Below, one piece after another: positions 48,878 to 56,900 of a stretch of DNA of 64,000 bases. How positions within the stretch are numbered: position 1 is the stretch's first letter; each line of letters begins with the position of its first letter. The DNA comes from an uncultured Clostridia bacterium (GTDB taxonomy: Bacteria; Bacillota; Clostridia; Christensenellales; UBA1242), in the NCBI GenBank assembly GCA_934777505.1, contig CAKVNM010000004.1, positions 81,342-145,341 of the forward strand, in the 5' to 3' direction. The notes beneath the pieces are model-generated. The model did not search any database and was not told the origin of the DNA. It saw nothing but the letters and a program-made list of their open reading frames with translations. The position numbers were made by a program, and so were the translations under genes.

Positions 48878-50002
48878 ATGGGAACATTGAAAATTAAAGG
48901 CGTAAATATTTTAGATTATTCTCCATGTGTGTCAATTAATGATATTGGACTTGAACACGAAATGGGACAAAAAATCCATGGAATTTCTGCGGAAATTGAC
49001 GGACGCTCACAGAAAATTGTTAAAGGCTGGAATCTTGGTAATGCGGACGGATATTCTACTAATTCCAGCTATGACGCTTGTTGTGGCAAAGTAAAAGTCA
49101 ATGGGCAAGTTGCTCCTGTGATGATTGATGGCACAAGACCTATAAACAATGGGGTCAGGGCACAAGTGACTGGAACTGGCTTAACTCACTATCTAAACAA
49201 TGTTAACGGTATGCTATATTTGGCAGATAATGCTAACACCGCAAGCGGAACTTTTGTTGTAAGTTCAAAAGCACCAAACAAAGATTGTGTAGTAAACATG
49301 GTTTGTTGGGGTTCTGGCGGAAAAGGTGGTACTGGTGCGCATTGGTTTATGAGCAGTAACAATGGTGGAATCGGCGGAGCAGGCGGTGGAAAAGTTTTCT
49401 TTACTGCTTGCATAAAAAATGGCGATTATCTTCGATTGGTTACGGAAAGCGACACTGTAAAAACTGGTAGAGTGAGCGAAAGTAATGACACAACTTTTGC
49501 TTCTCCAAACTTATATGTCTATAACTCCGTTGGAGAGATTTTGATAACCTGCGAAGGCGGTAGGTCGGGTACTGCTAACAATCAAAGGTCTTCGACCGAT
49601 GACTATTTGGGCGGTGGAATCGTTATTGTTGCAAAAGGTGCAAATTGCCCTATTATTGTGCGAAAAAAAGTTAATGGTGCTAATAAAATTCAAAATGGTC
49701 TAACAGGAAGAATTAGTGTTTTTCAAGATGCCAATTCGCCATGTTTGGGTAACCTAGAAAACATCCAAGGTTCGCTTGTTTTGAGCGGTTCTGGTGGAAA
49801 AGGTCCAGACACTTCGTTCAACTTGGCACATGGTAGTGGTGGAGCAGGTGGCTATGGTACTGGCGGAAATGCTGGCGATACTGGTGTAGGAAGCCAAGGC
49901 TCTGCTGGCACGAACGGTGCAGGCGGTGGCGGAGCTGGAACACCTAGCGGTGGCGCAAGTGGTGGAGAAGGTGGTCTCCCAGGCTTTATAATATTTTATT
50001 AA
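48878..50002 (+). CDS. glycine-rich domain protein (phage tail-fibre-associated Gly_rich type)
   Basis: GSGGKGGTG...GGIGGAGGGK and a C-terminal run GSGGAGGYGTGGNAGDTGVGSQGSAGTNGAGGGGAGTPSGGASGGEGG. AAGGAGG RBS. Confidence 0.6.
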   Translation: MGTLKIKGVNILDYSPCVSINDIGLEHEMGQKIHGISAEIDGRSQKIVKGWNLGNADGYSTNSSYDACCGKVKVNGQVAPVMIDGTRPINNGVRAQVTGTGLTHYLNNVNGMLYLADNANTASGTFVVSSKAPNKDCVVNMVCWGSGGKGGTGAHWFMSSNNGGIGGAGGGKVFFTACIKNGDYLRLVTESDTVKTGRVSESNDTTFASPNLYVYNSVGEILITCEGGRSGTANNQRSSTDDYLGGGIVIVAKGANCPIIVRKKVNGANKIQNGLTGRISVFQDANSPCLGNLENIQGSLVLSGSGGKGPDTSFNLAHGSGGAGGYGTGGNAGDTGVGSQGSAGTNGAGGGGAGTPSGGASGGEGGLPGFIIFY

Positions 50003-50004
50003 AA

Positions 50005-50036
50005 CAAAAAAACTGAGTATTTTACTCAGTTTTTTG
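50005..50036 (+). terminator. rho-independent terminator ending the four-gene operon
   Basis: AACTGAGTA / TACTCAGTT stem followed by a T-run. Confidence 0.7.
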
Positions 50037-50533
50037 TTGAAAATATCATTTTTTCTTTCTGTGAAACCACTTGAATTCTTCAAAATTATTAATTCTTGTT
50101 TTAAAAGATTCAAAATGGCAAACTTTCATGATAGTCTCATACATTTTTTTGGAAAGATGAAAGTTAATTTGAGCGTTTTTAAGGCAATGCAAGATAAAAG
50201 TGTTCAAGAACCTTTAAAAAGCGGAATGTCTTGGCTAAAAATGTGGCTTACCTTTGGGTAAGAACGATATAATTATGATGAAAACTTTTTGAGAGTATCA
50301 AATTATGTTAAGGAAAATACAATTTTAGAAAAATAGTAAAAATGTAATTTTATTTACTATTTCATGTAAAATAAATATATTTTTAATAAAATCACATAAA
50401 AATTTAATGTTTTTATACGGTTTTTTACTTTAAAAAAGTTTTTTTAACCATATTGACTTGTGGCGATATTTTTTATATAATAAAACAAGTAAAATACCAA
50501 AATTAAAACATTTTAAAAATCAAGGGGTGGAAT

Positions 50534-51379
50534 ATGAAAAAAAGATTAAAAAAAACTGCAAAAGTCGCTCTCGGTTTGGGAACGATGGGTTTGACAATTC
50601 TTGGACTTACTGGTTGTAATAATAAATTATATCAAGCACAAGATAATCTTAATAGAGTAGTGCTTGATACATTAAACGCTGATGAGAACTCAAAATATGA
50701 TATTTGTGGAGAATTTTCTTCTTATTCTTTTTTAGGTTCAGATGTTGAAAAGCAAGACGATTCAAAATACCATGTCGGCATAAACGGAATTAGTTATTCA
50801 CAAAAGTCAAATAGACAAGCACTTACAACACTCAACTATGTTGTAGATGATAGTTATTTTTCAGAAGTTGGAAACTCAGACCACGAGTTAGTTAATGCAC
50901 TTGCTGAAATTGTAAAAAATGAAGAATCAAGTACTATCGCTGTTAATAAAGTCAATGATATAAACGCTTTGAATAACACACTTTTAAATTGCATTGAATA
51001 TGATAAGTCTTTTAACAAAAATTTCCTTTACGGTGTTAAAGATTTTGAAATTGGTGATGACTCTGCATCGTTTAATGCCGAAAGTGTAGCACAATATAGT
51101 TATCTAGTTATGGTATCAGGTGGAAATGGTATATTCGTTCCTGTGACACATTACAGTGAAAAATATATAAATCAAAAAATAGCAGTAAAACTTTCTAAGG
51201 AAGAGGCAGAAACTGCTAAGCAAGATGAGTCATATATTTTTGATAAATTCATTGAGTGTGTAAAATCCAATCAAAAAGATAATTACTCTGTGACACTTGA
51301 ATCTTGTGATGATTATAAAAAATTGACTGCATTTAATTTTGATTATGAAAACTGTATAGAAAATAGCCTTGAAAAATAA
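50534..51379 (+). CDS. lipoprotein (281 aa)
   Basis: Signal peptide with lipobox LGLTGC. AAGGGGTGG RBS. Confidence 0.65.
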   Translation: MKKRLKKTAKVALGLGTMGLTILGLTGCNNKLYQAQDNLNRVVLDTLNADENSKYDICGEFSSYSFLGSDVEKQDDSKYHVGINGISYSQKSNRQALTTLNYVVDDSYFSEVGNSDHELVNALAEIVKNEESSTIAVNKVNDINALNNTLLNCIEYDKSFNKNFLYGVKDFEIGDDSASFNAESVAQYSYLVMVSGGNGIFVPVTHYSEKYINQKIAVKLSKEEAETAKQDESYIFDKFIECVKSNQKDNYSVTLESCDDYKKLTAFNFDYENCIENSLEK

Positions 51380-51397
51380 TTGTTAAAATTGGCAAAA

Positions 51398-51499
51398 TAT
51401 GAAAAATAAACCGATAGTTACTGTGCGTTAGTTTGTTTGTCAGTACTTGGCGCAATGGCAACGCTAACTGGTTGCGGAGCAAAAACAGATAGAGTTTAA
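51398..51499 (+). pseudogene. frameshifted lipoprotein signal-peptide remnant
   Basis: MKNKPIVTVR, then a stop. Shifting frame gives VCLSVLGAMATLTGCGAKTDRV (lipobox LTGC), then a stop. Confidence 0.35.
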
Positions 51500-51620
51500 A
51501 CATTACCAAAGTTTGATTGATTTCCGGTGTTGTTTTTGAAGACCCTGAGTTAAAGATAGAAGATTTATACTTATACACGCTGATGTTGAAAAAATAAAAA
51601 TTTGTTGAGTATCTTTGTAC

Positions 51621-51777
51621 GCTAACGTAGCCCAGTAGGTAGAGTACTTGCTTGGTAAGGCGTTTTGCTCCCAAAACAACATTTTCATAGAATCCCAATC
51701 AATGGAGCTAAAAACCACGTTGATGTGGTTAGAGATAAAGCACTGCCTTGGTAAGCAAGACGTTTGGCAGTTCGAGT
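51621..51777 (+). pseudogene. disrupted tRNA-Thr(GGT)-like pseudogene
   Basis: GCTAACGTAGCCCAGTAGGTAGAGTACTTGCTTGGTAAG (acceptor through anticodon loop), about 86 nt of unrelated sequence, then CTTGGTAAGCAAGACGTTTGGCAGTTCGAGT. The 3' T-stem and acceptor are missing. Confidence 0.4.
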
Positions 51778-51910
51778 ATTTTTCGACAAAGTTCGACATT
51801 ATAACAAACTGTAATAAAATATAATAAATATTTTAATAATTGCAACAAAGTGTAATAAAAATTAAATATTGTAAAATATTATTATTTGTTTACAAAAATA
51901 TGTTAAAATA

Positions 51911-51941
51911 AAAAACAGGAGAGTTAATCTCCTGTTTTTTT
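51911..51941 (-). terminator. terminator overlapping the stop of the orphan immunity gene
   Basis: ACAGGAGA / TCTCCTGT stem flanked by an A-run and a T-run. An identical structure occurs at 53485..53517. Confidence 0.65.
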
Positions 51942-52406
51942 ATTCTTTTTCTTTCTGTGATAACACTTAAATGCTTCTAACTCATTAATAATATGTTTAA
52001 AAGATTCGTAAGGGCATACATCCATGATTGCGTTATAAAATTTTTTGGTGGGTGAAATCTCAATCTTATTTGTTGTAGTGTTAAAAGATACAAGTATTGT
52101 ACCTATAATTACACATTTCTCATCAATATTAATTATATCTTCCCATTTGATATTGACCAATTCTTTATTAAATCTTTTTAATGTAATGTCTTCTGTTGTA
52201 AATATAATTTTAGCAAGAACCTTTGGGTGGAACAGAATGGTTAATATAAATATTATATCTAAAATAGTTCCAACCATTATATAGTAGAGAGAAGCTTCAT
52301 TATTGAAAGGTATACCAATAATCATTATTCCTATTGAAACTGCGAAATAAATTGGCCAAACAATTAAGTTTTCCACTCCACATAGCCAAAATTCATATCT
52401 TTTCAA
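51924..52406 (-). CDS. putative immunity protein for the orphan RHS toxin tip (2-3 TM plus cytoplasmic domain)
   Basis: Located 14 nt downstream of the toxin-tip stop. Paralog of 53500..53976 (MKRYEFW...DVCPYESF...YHRKKKNKKTGD). Confidence 0.6.
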   Translation of the reverse strand: MKRYEFWLCGVENLIVWPIYFAVSIGIMIIGIPFNNEASLYYIMVGTILDIIFILTILFHPKVLAKIIFTTEDITLKRFNKELVNIKWEDIINIDEKCVIIGTILVSFNTTTNKIEISPTKKFYNAIMDVCPYESFKHIINELEAFKCYHRKKKNKKTGD

Positions 52407-52420
52407 TATAAACTCCCATA

Positions 52421-53197
52421 TTAAGCATATCTAATTCTAGACCTAATCTTTCGAGTTAATCCATTTAACAGGCTTTTTGCACCATCAAATAGGAAAGAGA
52501 ATACAAATTCTGTGTTTACTGCTAACGCAGAAAATTCTCCCCTAAAACCAGGTATATTTAGTCCTGAAATAATATTTCCATATTTAAATGACCAGCCTGC
52601 TAATAAACCTGAAAGTACACTTTCTGCTGCTAAATTGAGCAGATATTCTTTTGATAAAATATTTTCACCATTCATATGGTCTGTTAGTGCAGTGCCTACA
52701 AAGTTACCAGCCATACCACCGATTCCTGCAAGGATTCCAAATCCCAGTACTGACCCTAAGAAAGCACCAAGTCCAGCGATTGTACCAGAGATAAGTCCGC
52801 CTACATAGCCAGCCCAATAAGAACCGCCACTAAGCTTACTTTGAATTCCACCTAGAAAACTACTTACACCGGCACTGATGAACATTGAGCCAAGGTTACT
52901 TAATGTTCCTGTTGAAAAGGCAGTTATTGCCAATCCAATAGCAACTAGTACACCACTGATGACTGTGCCAAGGATTACATCCCAGCTATTTTCAAAAAAT
53001 GATTTAACTCCATTCCAAAAATCGCTCCACCAACCATACCCATTTGAATCGACTAACATCACTGGGTTGTTGTTACAGTACATATATAGATTGAGTCCAT
53101 TAGACAAGTCTTTGCTTTGAGACAGAATAGAAATGTCATCGGCGTTGATAAACCTGCCAAGTTGTGGGTCGTAATATCTACTGTTTAGGTAGTACAA
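52421..53197 (-). CDS. orphan RHS C-terminal cassette (RHS repeat-associated core end plus glycine-zipper membrane toxin tip), no credible start
   Basis: YYLNSRYYDPQLGRFINADD...NNPVMLVDSNGYG is identical to the main RHS protein. DNA identity continues upstream to 53282, then stops. No ATG or RBS, so the tracked start is an internal TTG Leu codon. Confidence 0.7.
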   Translation of the reverse strand: MYYLNSRYYDPQLGRFINADDISILSQSKDLSNGLNLYMYCNNNPVMLVDSNGYGWWSDFWNGVKSFFENSWDVILGTVISGVLVAIGLAITAFSTGTLSNLGSMFISAGVSSFLGGIQSKLSGGSYWAGYVGGLISGTIAGLGAFLGSVLGFGILAGIGGMAGNFVGTALTDHMNGENILSKEYLLNLAAESVLSGLLAGWSFKYGNIISGLNIPGFRGEFSALAVNTEFVFSFLFDGAKSLLNGLTRKIRSRIRYA

Positions 53198-53282
53198 ACC
53201 TGTTTCGAAATCGAAATAGTATGAACGATACCTAAAAGGATTTTTGAACGCAACAAATCTGTTTATGTTGCTAATATCATTA
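52941..53282. repeat. 342-bp near-identical repeat shared with the main rhs gene (54509..54850)
   Basis: I find one mismatch in 342 bp by direct comparison. Confidence 0.85.
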
Positions 53283-53484
53283 TATAATGCAGAGCAGAGT
53301 TTTACAAATAAAATTAAGTTTGATTAATTATTTTACAAAAACTTTAATGGATTTATTTTTGTAAAAAATTTTGCAAAACATTGATAAATTATATTTCGAC
53401 ATAATTCGACAAAATAAGACAAAACACGATAGTTAAATAATAATTTTGTAAATTAATATAATATTTTACAAAAATATAGTGAAA

Positions 53485-53517
53485 TAAAAAACAGGAGAGT
53501 TAATCTCCTGTTTTTTT
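53485..53517 (-). terminator. terminator overlapping the stop of the immunity gene
   Basis: ACAGGAGA / TCTCCTGT stem flanked by an A-run and a T-run. Confidence 0.65.
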
Positions 53518-53976
53518 ATTCTTTTTCTTTCTATGATACCACCTGAATGATTCTAACTCATTAAAGATGCGTTTAAAAGATTCGTACGGACATACATCCA
53601 TGATTGCATTGTATAATTTTTTTGTTGGTGACAGATTAATCTTAGAATTAGTTGACTTAATAAAAGGTATTTTACTGCCTATTGTAACACATTTTTCATC
53701 TATTTCAATTACATCGTCCCAATCAATACTCACTAATATTTTATTAAATCTTTTTAATGTTATACTATCAGGTGTTAAGATAATTTTAGCAAGCATTCTA
53801 GGATAAGAAAATATCATTATAATCAAAATGGCTATAAAGGATATTCCTATAAAAACAAGATTGAGATAAAAAGTCGGGATGATACCACAAATTATGATTA
53901 TAAGACAACCTAGAAAATAAGTTGGAAGGAGAAGGATAAGGTCTACACCATAAGCCCAAAATTCATATCTCTTCAA
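53500..53976 (-). CDS. putative immunity protein for the RHS toxin (membrane protein)
   Basis: Located 15 nt downstream of the RHS stop. N-terminal TM helices. Paralog of 51924..52406. Confidence 0.6.
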   Translation of the reverse strand: MKRYEFWAYGVDLILLLPTYFLGCLIIIICGIIPTFYLNLVFIGISFIAILIIMIFSYPRMLAKIILTPDSITLKRFNKILVSIDWDDVIEIDEKCVTIGSKIPFIKSTNSKINLSPTKKLYNAIMDVCPYESFKRIFNELESFRWYHRKKKNKKTGD

Positions 53977-53991
53977 TTCTTAACTCCTATA

Positions 53992-56900
53992 TTAAGCATA
54001 TTTAATTCTAGATCTAATCTTTCGAGTTAATGCATTTAATAGGCTGTTTGCACCATCAAATAGGAAAGAGAATACAAATTCTGTGTTTACTGCTAACGCA
54101 GAAAATTCTCCCCTAAAACCAGGTATATTCAACCCTGAAAGAACATCACCATATTTAAATGACCAGCCTGCTAATAAACCTGAAAGTACACTTTCGGCTG
54201 TTAAATTGAGCAGATATTCTTTTGATAAAATATTTTCACCATTCATATGGTCGGTTAGTGCAGTACCTGCAAAGTTTCCAAATAATCCACCTAGCATTGC
54301 ATATCCATATCCATGTATAGAGCCAAGGTATCCACCAAATCCAGCGATCGTACCAGAGACAAGTCCACCTGCATAGCCAGCCCAATAAGAACCGCCGCTA
54401 AGCTTACTTTGAATTCCACCTAGAAAACTACTTACACCAGCACTGATAAATATTCCGCCAAGTTTACCTAGTGTACCAGAAGACAGAATAGTCATTGCTA
54501 ATCCGACCGCAACTAGTACACCACTGATGACTGTGCCAAGGATTACATCCCAGCTATTTTCAAAAAATGATTTAACTCCGTTCCAAAAATCGCTCCACCA
54601 ACCATACCCATTTGAATCGACTAACATCACTGGGTTGTTGTTACAGTACATATATAGATTGAGTCCATTAGACAAGTCTTTGCTTTGAGACAGAATAGAA
54701 ATGTCATCGGCGTTGATAAACCTGCCAAGTTGTGGGTCGTAATATCTACTGTTTAGGTAGTACAAACCTGTTTCGAAATCGAAATAGTATGAACGATACC
54801 TAAAAGGATTTTTGAACGCAACAAATCTGTTTATGTTGCTAATATCATTATAAACATAATTTTCTTCAATTTCAACATACGTGCCAAGATTAGACAAATA
54901 TCGACAAATTTCGTTGCCCCATGCATCGTAACTATACTCGCAAATTTGTGTTCCAGCACTATTATATATGCCAATAATATCGTTTTGGACATTCTTTTTG
55001 TAGAAAAAGTCTTCGTCAACAACATTATTTTTTAGGTGAAAACCAGTCACGCCATCGCTTCCGTAGAAGAAAGTCATGTGGTTGATGGAATCTTTTTGAG
55101 CAAGAATTTTTGTACCGTTAAGGTAGTACTTGGTTGTGAAGCCGTCAACTTCTTTTGCAATTCTAATGCCGTTTGCGTTGTATTTGTACTTTGCCTTTGC
55201 GGTTTGAGAGTCGGTTGACACATCGAAAGCGTCAAGTTGTCTTGCATGTGACCAAGAAAGTTTTTTGCCTTTGAAAAGTGTTGGATTGCCAAGCGAATCA
55301 TATTCAAACTTTGCACCATTGAAGTTAAGAAGTTGGTCACGCCAACCTTGAACAGGATAGGCGTAGTTAAACGAGTTTTTGACGGTTAAAACATCAATGT
55401 TATCGACAAGCGAGAAGTCGTATTCCAGTTTGCAGATGATATTTCCGCCAGCGTCATATTTAAACACAGTTGTTTTGCCAAAATCTGCATTGTCTTCTCG
55501 AACGAGTCTGGAAAGGGAATCGTAGGCATATCTTGCCAAAAGCAAGTTGCTACGGCGCACTTCTGTGATATTGCCTTTTTGGTCGTATTTATAGGTTAAG
55601 TGGTCTTTGTTTGTTCCGCCAACGCCAAATTGAAGTTTGGAAACAAGGTTTGAAGCGTGGTCGCCAGATTTTAGATACGAGTATTCTCTGGAAAGAGTGT
55701 TTGTGCTAATCTGTGAAAGCCTTTGCAATTTGTCGTAGGACAAAGATTGGTTAAAGATTTTTTTGCTTGAACTGTCGGCATCAAACTTTCCACAAAGTTC
55801 GATATTTTGGACTTTTGATTGTGGAGAATTGTTGTAGTCAAACGAGTAGGACAAGCTGTCTTGACCGATACTTATGCTGGTTTGAACAATATTGCTATGG
55901 TTTTGGTCATACACATTATGCAAGTCAACTTTTGCACCATTTTGAGTGCCTTCGCACTTGTAGTTGTTGCCAAAACTATCAATATATAGTTTGCTGGAAT
56001 CTTCGCCGTTGGTGTAATCTTTTGTTTGAACTAAGTTACCACAAGTGTCGTATAGATTTTGAGCAATCAGCACTTCGCTAGGAGAAGTGTTAGAGTTTTG
56101 TTTTGGAGTGTAGTAGGTGTCTAGCACATTTCCGTTGTTATCAAAAGTTTGGCGATATTTTTCGGTGGAGCTAAGAGTTACTACTTCTTGCTCGCTGGTT
56201 TTTTGTTTGGTTAGATATGTGTTGTTAGCGATTTTGATTTGTTTTGTGTTGCCAAGGCTGTCGTAGTCGTACTGAATGGCAAAGTTGTTGTGTTTGAGAG
56301 CGGTTAGGAATCCAAGTTGATAGTCGAAAGTTGTGGCGTTGTTGATTCCGTCCACGCAAGAAGATTGTTCGATAAGAGTATCGTTTGCGTCAAAGCCAAA
56401 CGATGTTTTATTGCCCAAGTTGTCCGTTTGAGTGGCAACAATTCCAGTGTTTGGAATAAAAGTATTTTCGCTAATCTTTTCGCCAAACGCATTAACGGAA
56501 CTTGTGGTGTTGCCTTTGTCGTCAACAATGGATTCTTCGTAGAGTTTGTTTGTTGGCTCGTTTTTGTGATATGTGATTGTTTTGACGGCTACGCCTTTGT
56601 CGTTGTAAACATTTTCTTTGACAATGCCGTTGTAGTCGGTGGTTCTAAGAAGTTTGCCAGTTTTGGTGTAGTCGTAGGTTGTGACAAATCGTTTGTTAGT
56701 TTTTTTGCTTGTGATAATTTCTTTAACCAAGTTGGATTTGTCATATTCATATTCCGCCAGCCATTCGCTGTGAATTGCTTCTTTTTTGATGAGTAGGCCG
56801 TCTTGATTATATGAAGATTTTTCCCAAGTGGCGGTCTTGAATTCTAGGTCTGTAAAGCGAATAGAGCCAGTGTTATTGGAGTAGTCAACAAAGCAGGTTA

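Larger units (their letters stand above)
45977..50036 (+). mobile_element. possible prophage remnant (tail-fibre module only) flanking tRNA-Glu
   Basis: Four tightly packed genes with phage tail-fibre-like composition directly downstream of a tRNA, with a 650-bp AT-rich spacer carrying inverted and direct repeats. No integrase, capsid or terminase gene. Confidence 0.35.

Noticed and set aside
50034-50261. 75-aa ORF after the glycine-rich gene and the antisense ORF 49754..50113
   Set aside because: The first starts inside the operon terminator with no RBS. The second overlaps the 3' end of the glycine-rich gene in antisense. I see no supporting signals.
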